The notes: generated from the letters alone by a model not told the origin. Shown: positions 50,601 through 64,000, numbered from the stretch's first letter. The stretch is DNA of 64,000 bases from Phoronis australis (GCA_002633005.1 NMRA01000269.1:186001-250000); one strand, 5' to 3'. Translations and numbers: made by a program.

Positions 50601-52965
50601 ATAATTTCTGATTTCTTGTCGCGGGCAAAGGCTTAATCGTAGCATTTGGAACTTTGTCGAAGCAGTTTGCTTGTCATTTCATGAAACAATTTGCTGTCGC
50701 AGCAATTTGACCTATTTTACTAACTTACTCTAGTTTGATATCATTATGCACCCATACAACCAATCGCCACAAATAATAGTGTAGTGCATATTTTACATGG
50801 AATTAGCAGCGTGTCTGTACACTTATAAGGAATTTTCTGTTGACACAAGATTTTATGCTTCAAGAAAATTGTAGTTTGATTAAGGCTGAGAAACTTCAAA
50901 ACGATTTCCTTGAAATGTTTGCTTAGATATTTTGTACTTTCTATGTATTAAAAGTGTGTTATGTGGGGCTTCGCCTGTTCCTCGTAATAATTTAAACCTA
51001 TCTCCGTGCTAACTAACAAGTTCTCAAAATGGATAGATTAGAAATCATAAACATTTCAGTATCAACACACGGAATATACCTGTCTTATTAATTAACCTGA
51101 TTTCTATTAAGCCTTAAAATTATTTTGATAAGATCGCCTTCAATATTTACTGTCATTTTATTTACCCTAAATTTGAACATCATCGAATAAAAGAAAAAAC
51201 TAGTCGCATTCTCTTACAGCCAAATTATAGGGATCGCCAACATGAGAACAAATTATGAGAGCAACTTTTTTGTTGAAAAATGCAATGCGAGGCGTTAGGC
51301 TAGTGCTAGAAGACGTGAAGGGATTGACATCGAATTTTGCGACAGGATATAGCGAAACAAACTGGTGTCTCTTTCATTACATCGTCAAGAAGAAAAAGGT
51401 ATAACACGTTCCTGAAACTTAACAATAGAACGATAATTTGACGAGAATAAGTGAATTGTTGCATCGTTCCGTTGAGGGTTGTAGATATAAAAATCAAAAT
51501 TCACACTTCGATGAACATTCTGTCATTGTGTGTACAGAAAATGATGAATAAATACTTGAAAAATAAATCTATAAACTTTTAACTAAATCTCCAGTTCTTA
51601 GGAATTCAAACCGAAAAACTAAACGCAAATGGCTTAACACTAAAACTTGTCACCTGAATATCATGAAATAACCAATTCAGTGCTCTCACAGAACAGTATA
51701 AGCTGTACAGAAGAACTATACTTCTTGAATGTTTATGAAAATCTATGAAAGACAAAAATGATAACGAGTGTGTAAGCTTCATTATTTTCAACCAAGCAAA
51801 GACAAGGAACAAGGAACATATATCATTTAAATTCTTAATTTTACCAGGTCGTTTTAACGCCATCAGAATTAAAACTTAACTTTATTATTGAAACGATGTG
51901 TGTGTGAACCATAGAAAAAAGACACAGTACTTAGAAATGTGTGGTAAAAATTAAGAATGTTGCATTTTTAAATCCATAACAAAAGCCAACTCGAAGGCAT
52001 AACGCAAATTATCCAAGGAAGTCGACGATGTGCAGATGTGTGTCTGTTTTATGTCAATATGCTAAAACCGGAATGACTAATGAATGATCTAACCAGAAAA
52101 TAAATAAAAATCTCCCTTAAAAACAAGTATTCAGTTCTACAAAGCGCACTGTAAACAGTAGTACAAAAGAACTATATGTCACAGCTAGGAATTTTGTAAA
52201 CCCTCGTTTGTATACCGTCTTATTACATCTTGGCAGATCGTGTTATGTAATTCAATTAATTTGTCAATTTCACAAATAAACAAAGATAAAATACATGTAC
52301 GTAAAGTAATAGCAAAAAGATGCTTGGTGCACATTAATGTCAGTAATGAAATGAAACAGGGAACAGACACGCTAGAAAATTAAATTTCCAACGGATAACT
52401 ATCGGATAATTGTGTAGTAAACGATAGGAGGCGAAATGATTTACACGAACGTTGATTCAATTGTTTTAAGTTTTCTCAACTTTATTGAGTTTATCCTCCG
52501 TTATCATATATTTCCAGTCGACTAAGAAATTATCTAAAACGAAGCTGAATCATTTAGTAATCCAATTTTGAATATCTAATGGCTATATGCTCGACAGTAT
52601 TAACTTGGTTACGGACCGGGTTAAAGTGATTTCACCCTAGGAAATTTCATTTACTTGTTAATGAAACAAAACCGCTCACAAAGTCACTTACCGGCAGTGA
52701 AGACGGACGCCTGGTGTCCGTGTGGGTCACGTCGGGGGTGCAGCATGGTCATGTTGCCCGGGGGTGGCAGGGCCGGACCGGCTCCGGTGAAACTACGGAC
52801 TGGATTATATCTGTAAGCCTGTGACATGGAAACTTGTCCGCATGGGCCAAGATCACTGTATCCCGTACACGGAATACTGCAGCTCGCCAAAGAACCCACC
52901 CCGTCCATTCCACCGAGTGCACAACTGTCGAAAGCCGTCGTTTGATTCAGGTAAGAATAATCCAT
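44523..52965 (-). CDS. Phox2: Paired-like homeobox 2 (Q50 PRD-class homeodomain), 4 exons, 260 aa
   Basis: Exons 52965-52692, 48626-48418, 45473-45335, 44683-44523 (783 nt). N-terminus MDYSYLNQ...YRYNPVR and homeodomain [49 protein letters not shown]|[12 protein letters not shown] are diagnostic of Phox2. Confidence 0.96.
44900..45258. repeat. Compound (AAT)n/(ATT)n microsatellite in Phox2 intron 3
   Basis: Imperfect trinucleotide tracts in both orientations. Confidence 0.9.
45335..45473 (-). CDS. Phox2: Phox2 exon 3 (homeodomain helix 3)
   Basis: [46 protein letters not shown], donor gtaagt. Confidence 0.94.
48155..48203 (+). ncRNA. Minimal type I hammerhead ribozyme motif (Penelope-type), antisense within Phox2 intron 2
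   Basis: GTAC-CTGAAGA-C-GATAT(ttgaaac)ATGTC-GAAAC-GTC-GTAT: intact core, 5-bp stem II, 4-bp stem I, palindromic loopless stem III, GUC cleavage triplet. Confidence 0.62.
48418..48626 (-). CDS. Phox2: Phox2 exon 2 (homeodomain helices 1-2)
   Basis: [31 protein letters not shown]...EARVQ; the intron sits at the canonical PRD-class Q|V position. Confidence 0.96.
52692..52965 (-). CDS. Phox2: Phox2 exon 1
   Basis: AAAAATG start context, [21 protein letters not shown]..., donor gtaagt at 52691. Confidence 0.94.
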
Positions 52966-53196
52966 TTTTGTAAAAAAATAAAGTCAAAGAAGCGAAAGCA
53001 AATGTTCACAAAACAACGACAGGAAATTACAAAAGAATTACTGAGACAAAGACGCGAATTTTACGATTTTTTCACAATGTTTCCCAAAACTAAGATTTGA
53101 TTGTAGATAAGCGAACGCATAAATGAGTTTCCTGTATCGCCGGAGATGTTTAAGTTCACGGAATATTTCGGACAGTCCAACTGAAGCTCTCGATAC

Positions 53197-53207
53197 TAAT
53201 TCGATTA
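53197..53207. promoter_or_regulatory. P3 paired-class homeodomain dimer site upstream of the Phox2 ATG
   Basis: TAATTCGATTA = TAAT-N3-ATTA, about 230 bp upstream of the ATG. Confidence 0.4.
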
Positions 53208-53568
53208 CAATCCTTGACAATTATACACTTCAGTTGATTACGGTTTCGTGGCGTTTACTTCGAGTTGATCACAAAGAACGAACGCGAAAGGGGATCGCGA
53301 AATGTCAGAATCTGAGAGATGGGATATGATTGGTCGAATGCTGCTAATTATGATTAGCTTCTTGTTGTTTTCCTGAAATTGATTTTACATTGCAACACTG
53401 ACTATCGAATCAAGTGGAAAGCTTGAAGCGCTCAAGGCTTTCAGAGGCTATTGTTGTTGATCGGCGGGTTGATTGTGGATAGTTAGCAGACGTTTCGTTG
53501 TTTAAGTCCTTAATTTTTTTAAAAGTCGCGGTAATTTTCAGCTCCCACTGTGACAAACAAATTTTGCT

Positions 53569-54477
53569 ACCAAAAATAAGGCAGGTAAACGTAGTCCAGA
53601 AAAAAATATTACTCGTCTGCGCATGTATGCTGCGGGTGTGTGTAAACAGGTTAGTAATAAAGCCACCAAACCACGCTGATATTACGTATTCTAACGCAGT
53701 TGCAACAAACTTAGTTCAAGAAAACTTGAATAAAATTGGGAAAATATTTGATTAAATTGTACTAGTAAGACAGATAATAACGATTTCTTAATGGAATATT
53801 ATAATTGAAAAATGAATACAAATTGATTGGAGTGATGAGATAAGCAAATGATGATTTAGCAGGGTGATATCAAAAATGTGTTATATCAGAACACAGTTAA
53901 AAACAAGTCCACGTTTGAAATATGCCTTTCGTTTCGTTTTAAACCAAAATGTGTTATACATCGACACGTGTTTTGATAAACCACGTGGGATCGATTTGCT
54001 TACAGCTCGTTTAAGTATACATNACCAAAAATAAGGCAGGTAAACGTAGTCCAGTAAAAAATATTAATTGTCTGCGCATGTATGCTGCGGGTGTGTGTAA
54101 ACAGGTTAGTAATAAAGCCACCAAGCCACGCTGATATTACGTATTCTAACGCAGTTGCAACGAGCTTAGTTCAAGAAAACTTGAATAAAATTGGGAAAAT
54201 ATTTGATTAAATTGTACTAGTAAGACAGATAATAACGATTTCTTAATGGAATATTATAATTGAAAAATGAATACAAATTGATTGGAGTGATGAGATAAGC
54301 AAATGATGATTTAGCAGGGTGATATCAAAAATGTGTTATATCAGAACACAGTTAAAAACAAGTCCACGTTTGAAATATGCCTTTCGTTTCGTTTTAAACC
54401 AAAATGTGTTATACATCGACACGTGTTTTGATAAACCACGTGGGATCGATTTGCTTACAGCTCGTTTAAGTATACAT
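53569..54477. repeat. 454-bp tandem duplicate around a single N (probable unmerged allelic contig overlap)
   Basis: 53569-54022 and 54024-54477 differ by about 6 substitutions; n at 54023. Confidence 0.9.
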
Positions 54478-57400
54478 GGTAAATTTACATCGTTATTTTT
54501 CCATATTTCATTTTGAAATATTCAACACGAGGCTCATTTCATGTCAACAGGGCAGACGATTATAGCCACCATTTTTAAAGGGATCTTAACTCAACTGTGT
54601 GGATTTCGGCCAACACTGATTTGGAAAGACTACGCTTTCTGAGTGGCTTCATGAGGAAGGTAAAAACATTTTACCCTCTTACCACAGGACTATACAGTAG
54701 ACATTATCAAAATTGTAACAATAATTCGCTATGTCAAAACACATACAATATTCGTCGATTGAGGAAACTTTTTGCGGGAATATGTCCGCTACATAAAATG
54801 TTGATGGCTTTTGATGATCAATGATTATCGTTTGGTGTCTGGAGGTGCTGTGCACAAAATGTAGTAAATCTTAGCCGGTTGCTTAAGCTTGAGATCAAAA
54901 ATTAAGCCTGTCAAACGAAACCTGAATATTTCTTAACCATGATAACGTTGGTTTTAACTTTCCGTTGGGCTTGAAATATGGCCACCACCGGTCAAATTTT
55001 GCACCCCCCCCTCCTAAGATTTGCAAAGTCATTTTTGTCTAGTAAATTCTCTGGATGTTGCTTGCGGTAATGGAAATGACAACTTAGTATAGTATGAAAA
55101 TTTCCGAGGCCTATTTTTTGGTATAAGTGGTCTTGTTTAGATTTTGTTTCATCCGATAGCTAGCAGAAATATGTAGTTTCAAGAAATAATCATGCCTGAG
55201 GAGGACGATTAATTTGTAAATCATGGTCTACCATTTAAAATGCTGTAGGCCTTAGAGACGAAAATCGTTTTTTAAAAAATGTAAAGAAATTTCAGCAGTT
55301 CACTATTTGTAACCAAAACTGCCTATATCTATTACACCGCTAGGATTAAAAATTAAAATATAGTTAGGGAGACGGGCAACCAGTTCCTTCAATCAGTCCT
55401 GAGTAACCCAACATACTCAGTGGCGGTGATTCAAAATAGCATGTAAAGAAGACAAATGATTGAAACGTTTGTTTATATTTTCCAGCTCGCCCTCTCCATT
55501 TTCCAGTAAAAAACGACATTTTCATAGCCGTGTCTTGCTCCTCGATGCTGGCAACATGCCTCCTCAGCCGATTATCTGAATTCAATGATCGTCTATAACA
55601 CGAGCCGCTCATAAAATACAAGAATGGGGTTTTATTATCTCCCATGGGGTTAACCGGAAGATTAAGCTTACATACTGCCAAGACTGGTCGACGTATTAAT
55701 ACGCCAGATTTTCACGCTGTTGTGCTCCGTCGTTAGTGAAGTTTGTGTCAACGCGACGTGATCGTTTTTTCATTACCCTATTACAAGGCATGCAGATGAA
55801 CAGACAATCGCCTGCATTAACGTGATTAAAAAGGCACTAATTTAATTTTAGTTGATTAATTTTGGTTAACATAATTACAAGTACAAAGTTGGTCCTAATC
55901 AGTTCTGACGAAAGATTAAATCTTTCTAATAACAACAAACTGACTGCCTAACAAAAAGTCTCCAAAAACGACTTCCCTTGCTTTCAAATAATAGCCAGGA
56001 GATTTTGCGTAATCGCCAAAGGATTATTGGTGTTCGGACTAGGGATTTTAAGTTTGGAAACGCTAAGGTGTTTCCGTTTTAGAACGAGTAAAAGAAATTC
56101 GAATGAAATATACAAAACTATAACCAATCATTTATTTAAACTAATTTGTGTCTTTTCTAAACCGAAGTCAATCAAGTATACCAGCGAGTACATCCCAACA
56201 GGTTGTGTTTCATGTTTACTGATGTATTTATACTTGCTAATCAAAATTCCTCAACTCTTAAATTGTATAGTGTCAATCACGATACCTCTACATCTCTGCA
56301 CGTGTTTCGTCAATCACAGTCTTATTAATCTGATTTACCAAACTTCTATATGCCAATTGATAGCTAAAGTACAAACCAAGAAATGGACACCAAATTGCAG
56401 ACACGTGCAAGCAAGTTAATTACTACCGTGTTAGTTCATTTAATGTTTTTCTATTGTAGTATATCGGGTTAGGATAAAGTAATTCTTTACAATTACGTTA
56501 AACTGTCAATCAGGGCAAGATTTGCGCAGAATGAATACACGTGATCCGGGGCAGGTGACGCAGGGAGAGAATTATGGAGAAGGCAAAAGGAACTGTAAAT
56601 TAACAAAAGGTAAAGAGGGGCGTCTAGATGCATATTGGTATAATTCGTTTTGCAAACTGGTATATTGAACACGATATTGCGTAAAGCAAATCTACGAGGA
56701 TTTTGTTGCATCAAAATCATTTACATTATTGATAAACGAACGGTTTTGCAAGTAACGCTGTCGTTTTGTTTTATACGCTAAAGAACCCGAGCAAGTGGGC
56801 ACGTTGGCTCGACTATATGATGAGAAAAACGCTCGGCTGCAGATCAAAACGATTTACTCCGTCTTACCGTTTAGTTTATGTCATTGTGTCATTTTCGGCA
56901 TCAGAAATTGCTTGCAACATAACATTGCCACTGTTGTTGAAAGTTGACAATTTTTGAGCCGAGGATTTCACAAAAAACTGTTAACCCGAGCTTTGATTCG
57001 CCACTATGAGTTTGCTCTGATTTTCAAAAATGAACAGTCAGCAATCCGAGCTAAACTTGTGACACCTTCAAGAGTAAGGAAATAATACACAGTGAAAACT
57101 CTGCTGATGACGTCGTGCCCATGAGGCCAGTGACATCACCAACAGTTTATAGTAGGCAACATACTCTAAACAGTCTGTTTATGTCACTGTTTTTAACTTT
57201 TATTTTGATGGTGCAATTTGTCCTAGAAAATTAAGGTACATTCAGTAGATTGTCACGTGATACAACGTATTATAACTTTCAGTTTTGACTGTGTCCTCAA
57301 ACACTCCTGTAAACAGTTGTATTTATAATTATGTCCATGTGCAGGCTGTGTAAAAGTCGAATTGAATTTGCTTTACGCTAACTGGTGGGAGTCACGGATT

Positions 57401-58244
57401 CTAATCTGATTTGGGGATACCCTCAACTTCACAGTGATCTCGTTAGCCGGTCTAAGAGATGTCACAAATTCATTAATGATTGTACACCGCCTTAGATGAA
57501 CCACTTTGCAAACAGATTACGAACCATGAACGGATAACGTAGTTAAGTTTCTTCAATAATTTTCATTAGAATCCCTTGCTGTTTGACGCCCACTTCTTGC
57601 CGAGTTGAAGACCGAAGTTTTGCACAACATACATTGTTGCGGTAAACATGTTTGTAAATGTTTTGTATTGTTTCTTCGTATTTCTATAGCCACCATGTAG
57701 ATCATTTTTCATTTTCTCGTAGGTTGTCCATGACGACGCAGTGCAGTTAACATCCTTGATCATTCAACATGCTTTCAAATCTTCTAAATGCTCTCCTCCG
57801 ATATCTTCCTTTCGACAGCAAAAGTATATATTTTCTGAAAGTAGAAATTCCGTAGAATTTAATTTTTGACTTTGCACCAATTTGCCATTGATTAGGTCAC
57901 GTGACTGCGATCTTGGTAAAGTTTAGTAAAACAGAGAGCTACATTCACAGCAAAACAACAGGATCGATAGCTTGAGCAAATTTCGTATGATATTAATGTT
58001 CATGATAAAACCTCAAAAATTCGGTTACAGTTTTCCAATTTATCGTTTCATTTTAGTTTCCTACAACTTTAAAGTTTGAAAAACATTGTGTCCTATTTTG
58101 ATAGCCACTCATGGAAAAGTGAAACATTTTAGAAAGAATGTTCCTATAGTATTTCCGAGAACAGTAAATAAAGCACAGCGCATGAAGGTTTCGTATGAAT
58201 CCGATCAGCCATTTCTGAGATATGGCGTTGCGATGTTGACCGAA

Positions 58245-59821
58245 ATTGGACATGTTTCTAAGGTCCTCCATAACGTGCAACACGTGTAGACTGTGTGATT
58301 GTCTTACTGGCTTATCTTCTAAAACAGAGGCCGCAAATTAACGCACTAAAAAGTCCAAAAACTGAAATATTTGCGATTCGTTGTTTTTATTTTAATATTT
58401 TCTCTGTCAAATTTACCATCAAAGAATGTTTTCAAAACAATACTCATTAGAGAACTTCCACTTGACTAAGCTGATCATCACAGTATCAATCGGGACTGCA
58501 ATTTAATTCAATTTAGTTATAAATGAACAATTAGGAGACTGAGTCTAGTCCACCAATCTGTGTGATGAAGACGGGTAATCTGCACTACAGTCGTGGTGTT
58601 GGCCCCTCGGGGAAATGCTCGCCAGATATAATTGAATTAGTAGCAATTTCACCGATGAGTGAAATGCTAAAAAGCGAATTGGTTCCGAAGCCAAGAGATT
58701 AATCAATAACGTATTACAATTTGTAATTTAGCACAGTCAGGTCCATTGCTCCTGAGCGATTTTGAGAAGGAATTCCAGAGAGATGTGCGCAAAAGTCAGA
58801 GTTGGTAGCATGGCTAATGTTCTCGATCCCGGTAATGTCTCAAAAAGTTGCCACACGCAGTTGAAATGTTCATGAAGAGCCAGAGAAAGATAACAATTAC
58901 GGGAAATAAACGCGTGCGAACATTGATAATTTACGGTGTGCTTAACACGTCAGNTCGAACTAAACGGCTTAAAACTCGAAGAAAATAACAGAATAATCTC
59001 TGCTACCGTATTGGGCAAATGGCCAAACGACAAGCTATTGCCCCACTTCCCGTGACATCACAGTTGAGTCTCACATAATCTCGCGTTATTGTTATAAACT
59101 CGCAAAAGGACTATTGGACATGTTTCTAAGGTCCTCCATAACGTGCAACACGTGTAGACTGTGTGATTGTCTTACTGGCTTATCTTCTAAAACAGAGGCC
59201 GCAAATTAACGCACTAAAATGTCTAAAAACTGAAATATTTGCGATTCGTTGTTTTTATTTTGATATTTTCTCTGTCAAATTTACCATCAAAGAATGTTTT
59301 CAAAACAATACTCATTAGAGAACTTCCACTTGACTAAGCTGATCATCACAGTATCAATCGGGACTGCAATTTAATTCAATTTAGTTATAAATGAACAATT
59401 AGGAGCCTGAGTCTAGTCCACCAATCTGTGTGATGAAGACGGGTAATCTGCACTACAGTCGTGGTGTTGGCCCCTCGGGGAAATGCTCGCCAGATATAAT
59501 TGAATTAGTAGCAATTTCACCGATGAGTGAAATGCTAAAAAGCGAATTGGTTCCGAAGCCAAGAGATTAATCAATAACGTATTACAATTTGTAATTTAGC
59601 ACAGTCAGGTCCATTGCTCCTGAGCGATTTTGAGAAGGAATTCCAGAGAGATGTGCGCAAAAGTCAGAGTTGGTAGCATGGCTAATGTTCTCGATCCCGG
59701 TAATGTCTCAAAAAGTTGCCACACGCAGTTGAAATGTTCATGAAGAGCCAGAGAAAGATAACAATTACGGGAAATAAACGCGTGCGAACATTGATAATTT
59801 ACGGTGTGCTTAACACGTCAG
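58245..59821. repeat. 709-bp duplicate around a single N (probable unmerged allelic contig overlap)
   Basis: 58245-58953 and 59113-59821 are nearly identical; n at 58954. Confidence 0.9.
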
Positions 59822-60495
59822 ACTCGTCAAATTTCTCAGAATAAAAAGTAAAATACAATACGTCCGAAAAATGTACTCATATTCCAGTACAACGCCGGAA
59901 GCTCAAATTCATTTCCTGTGGATGAGACCGCACAACTGGGCCTATCATAGAGATATATAGGTTATCCCACATACACGGGAATACTACTGTCATATCCTAT
60001 CAAGAATTCGCTTCATCTGGAAATGTCCCAGATGTTATTCGTATTTCCACACATATGGGATAAAGAGACACACACATATATATATAGAGTCTCCATGTCT
60101 ATGGAGCCTCCTGTGTACTTTGCTGTGAACGTAGGCTCGTAAGCCGTCACGTGCTTTGTATGCACGGAAATGGCAGACAACGAAAATTTATTGCGCACTG
60201 GAAACTCAAAAACGTCAAGGAAGTGCAGACTGAGGCAATTAATCTTCTCCCCAAGTTAATAAACAGTGCATTTATTTTGGTTTGTAGACGCAATTCCTTT
60301 TTCATCACCTCCTTATGAATTTAACCCAGTAATCTTGTTTCTTAGACAATAAACGACGCAGTTAATGTCATTTGTAGTGTGAGTACATTTTGGGAAACCC
60401 TGTATTTTAATTGAGCAATGCAATAATGTAACTTTAAGAACTCTTGGTACGCATTGCACTGTCTCTTTCCCTTAGAGAAAACAATCCATCACAAG

Positions 60496-60603
60496 TATTG
60501 TTTTATTATTACTATTATTATTATTGCTATTGTTGTAGTTGTTGTTATTATTGTTGTTGTTGTTGTGGTGGTTGTTATTGTCATTATTATTATTATTATG
60601 TTA
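60496..60603. repeat. (TAT/TGT)n microsatellite
   Basis: Imperfect trinucleotide repeat. Confidence 0.85.
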
Positions 60604-60774
60604 TAGTCGCATCTTTGGTTCTCTTGTAGTGTCCACACGAAGTGTAAAACAACATATAGCTAGCAATAAAACAACATTTGCTCAGTATCTGTTGAAACTT
60701 TGACTGCTGTTACGCTTGAATAACACCAGACATTGCTAGGTACTTTTAACACAGGAACACAGAGTGAGGGCAGT

Positions 60775-60828
60775 GAGAGTGGGGGGAGAGGGGGAGGGAG
60801 GGGAGAGAGGAGGGGAGAGGGAGAGAGG
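60775..60828. repeat. Polypurine (G/A) tract
   Basis: GGGGGAGAGGGGGAGGGAGGGAGAGAGGAGGGGAGAGGGAGAGAGG. Confidence 0.8.
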
Positions 60829-60984
60829 TAATACGTTTATTAACTAATATAACAATTACTGAAATACAATAAAAACACAGCTGTATATAAAAATATATAT
60901 AATGCTGATATTAATTATTCTTAAAATAACCATGTAGTATGACAACTTGTATTGACAATGATGGTGATAACTGCAACAGCAATC

Positions 60985-61002
60985 ATAATAATAATGATGA
61001 TG

Positions 61003-61042
<40 letters not shown>

Positions 61043-61050
61043 TAATAACG
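60985..61050. repeat. (AAT/GAT)n microsatellite
   Basis: Imperfect trinucleotide repeat. Confidence 0.85.
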
Positions 61051-61869
61051 ATATTAAAACGATAATTATTGTGACAATTTTAAAAACGTTGGTGGTTATC
61101 AAAATCATTATCGACTAATTATTGATTGAAAATACATCCTACAACATTTGCCTCGCTAACAGTTAGTAGATTTCGTTTTGTAGAACTTGAAGGGTTTTTT
61201 AACCTTAATAGGTGGCGGCACTTGCAGAGGTACCTTCACACAGGCAGCACTTACCGCCAACACAGACAGATGGCGGACTTGAATGCTATACCGTCACTGT
61301 TGGCATGCTCCAAACAATGGTTCAAGAACAGCATCGCTTATGCCATAGGAGGACCGAGCTTTTCGGAAACTTTACTCTTGTCCACTTTGATAACCTAGCG
61401 CTAGGACACTGAGATTTCGAGGTTAAAAGTAACATTGCAGGTGATACATACTTTTAAAACGTTTATAAAGTCTCCTTCTGTCACAAAAACACCTTTTGAT
61501 TGATACCACTTACCGTTATGAAATCGTTTTCAAATTGTTCCTTAGTTAAAATAAGCGTGGTTTTTAAAGCTTGGGAAGATCTGGCATTTCGCCCTTGCTT
61601 GAGATAACTATGCTCTGCGATTAGACTTGTCACGGCGTGTCATTATATTTGCCGAGCATTGTCTCGAGCAATAACGAGCTGTCAGTTCTTTACAAGACCA
61701 AAAATGACTTGGCATTTGATTAAGGAACAAGTTGACTCGAGTTTTACAGTAGTAAGTGATCTTAATCAAAAGCCAGTTTTCCTTGTGGAAAGGCAGGCTT
61801 ATATAGCTGTAAAAATTGAAACAGAAAACCCCTACTGATATTTCAAATGCTCAATGGCACTTATACGTC

Positions 61870-62482
61870 TGTTACATTTTACGTCAATGTTACATTTTAC
61901 GTTGCTAGGCCTTTCCTAAAATGTAACAAATTGTTACATTTTATGTAACTGTTACATTTTGCGTCGAATGTATATGCGAAAAATGTAACATTGTTACATT
62001 TTACGAAAGCGACGTCATATTTCATGAGTTTGCATGGTACTTGTCACACGGAAGGAAACGGTTTACGCACTTAACGGCTTTTGCTTGAATGAAACTTTAT
62101 AAAATATGGCAGCTCGAATTTATAGATGTGTTTCTATGTGCTTTCCATTGTTTTTTTTGCATGTATAGTTTCTTAGTTTTGTCAAAAATGTACCCCGCGC
62201 AGTCTCAACTCCAGACGAAAGGAGTTTCCACGATCAGGTAACAAGTTTAAATGGGTAGGTATCCAAATTTTCGTTCGGCACCTCTCGTCCAAGAATACTT
62301 GAGTACTCCCGGCCGTGTCAGGCACCATTTGTTTGTGATTTTTGTCATTTAGTTTGTGATATGACCTTAGTTTTGTAAAATGTAACAATGGTACATTTCT
62401 GGCATGCGCATTCGACGTAAAATGCAACAATTAGGTAAAATGTAACAACTTGTTGCATTTTAGGAGAGGCTTAGCAACGTAA
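61870..62482. mobile_element. Non-autonomous DNA element with about 110-bp modular inverted termini
   Basis: TTACGTTGCTAGGCCTTTCCTAAAATGTAACAA... (from 61897) is mirrored by ...TTGTTGCATTTTAGGAGAGGCTTAGCAACGTAA (to 62482). The TIRs are built from TGTTACATTTT / AAAATGTAACA units. Confidence 0.75.
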
Positions 62483-63255
62483 TTTTTTTGTCTTGATAGT
62501 GCTGAAGATACAAAAAAACAACGGATTTTTGTTTCATAGTTCTGATCAAAGCTAATAACTCCAAGAAGTTTATCTCATTCAACAAAAATCCACTAAAGAT
62601 GCGTTTTTCGGCCATAGAAATGATAATGTACCATTAAAAGAGCACTTGCGTTTGATCACATCTAGCGGCTTGATTTGTAAGGGTTGGACAACTCTGTCAA
62701 AACCAAATCGGACAATTTTTCATATTTGGTCAGTGTTCAGCAGCTCATCAACAACTAACGATAATCGGACATTAAGGGGCACTGGTGTACTTTATTGCCA
62801 CAAACTGTGCCTGATACGCGCGAATACGCGAGATTAGCATTGGCATTCTCGTTCAAAACATTTTTATCAACCATTACGTCAGCTGTCCATTGTCTTTAAG
62901 AAATAAAAACTTAACATTTACATGTATTATAAGTGGCGGTTGCTACCTCGCAAAGAAAGTGTGCATTGAATATCAAAACAGTTATTGTAATTCGTGACAT
63001 TTCATTGTAATAAATCAGTTACGTTTGAACAGTAGCTTCCGATAAATCATCATTGCAGGTTGCATTGTCTGTGAAATTATATTATTTCCATAACTGCTAC
63101 AGCCGAGTATTAAAGTTCCCTCACCAATCCTGATTGGCACCATGATGACAATCCAAGGGCATAGAGACATTTCGTTTTAAACTCAAAAACTGCTCTCTCG
63201 GGTTTATCAACGTTTATGTAAGCAATTTATGGTAAACCGTAAAAAACTCTGATAT

Positions 63256-63921
63256 TAGAGAGGTTTCGCAAAGCAACGTGAACGTGAATTGTCACGCATA
63301 TATAATTCCGCGTTGTACATGCCATAGTTGGCTGTGACGTAATACGGATAGTGTTAGCGTATTTTCTATTCAGGGAGATTTGCGTCGCGTTAAACCTGTG
63401 GCTCCTTGTTAATTCTTATTTGGCAAGACATCGAAACGATTCTATTTTGATAGAGTTCTCATTCTTTCTTCTTTGCTTCAGTATAAAATGAACATGATTC
63501 TTTTCATTGTATCCTTATTCTACCGGGGTTCGCTAGATATCATCGAACTAGAATGGATTTTTAACAGATATTATTGTGTGTTGTCAAACTTTTTACACGC
63601 TTAATTTACTGCTTGCATCTATTTATTTTAAATTGCAAATAAAATAAGAGTTGATTATTTTTCGCAGAGTTCGTCGAAACGGACTTTTTCACATTCAACA
63701 TATATTTCTATCTTGGGTAATATCAAGATGTCTAGTTATCGTAGTTCATATTATGTACTGCTATAACTGGACATCCGGAGCTCAGTTATTCAGTTCACTT
63801 TCACGATTACGTAAAAGTTTAGCTGTTGCGAAACTCACTTTTGTTGCTGTAACGTGAATCGGCACGCGCAAATAAGTATGCGTCATAATTCACGTTCACG
63901 TCGCTTTGCGAAACATCTCTA
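63256..63921. mobile_element. MITE with about 55-bp TIRs
   Basis: TAGAGAGGTTTCGCAAAGCAACGTGAACGTGAATTGTCACGCATA / TATGCGTCATAATTCACGTTCACGTCGCTTTGCGAAACATCTCTA. Confidence 0.8.
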
Positions 63922-64000
63922 TTATCTTCGGTTATGCCCATCCATTATTGGATTTGATTAATCAATTTTGGCGAAATCAAACTCAAGCGCTTGACTTTTG

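Noticed and set aside
53569-54477. Tandem duplication of the Phox2 upstream region as a real enhancer duplication
   Set aside because: The copies abut a single N and differ by only a few SNPs, which is typical of an unmerged heterozygous contig overlap.

Overview
AT-rich, intron-containing animal genomic DNA, probably from an invertebrate bilaterian (species not determinable from the sequence). It is a draft assembly with one 588-N gap and two single-N joins flanked by duplicated, apparently allelic sequence. Four spliced protein-coding loci were reconstructed by hand with GT-AG introns and consistent phases. (1) The last three exons of a filamin-repeat gene on + (5029-7168), which stop just as another repeat begins. 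(2) A complete TTC14 on - (12 coding exons, 24788-10633, about 1174 aa). (3) A complete 6-exon, 435-aa gene on + (30024-39561) encoding signal peptide + laminin-gamma-type LN domain + 2 LE repeats + a short hydrophobic C-terminal tail, i.e. a predicted membrane/GPI-anchored laminin-gamma-derived protein with netrin-G-like architecture; this is the most notable finding. (4) A complete Phox2 homeobox gene on - (4 exons, 52965-44523, 260 aa). Non-coding DNA holds a truncated L1/Tx1-type LINE with a 15-bp TSD, several MITE/foldback families, minimal hammerhead-ribozyme motifs of the Penelope type, and microsatellites. Most ORFs in the supplied track are spurious.
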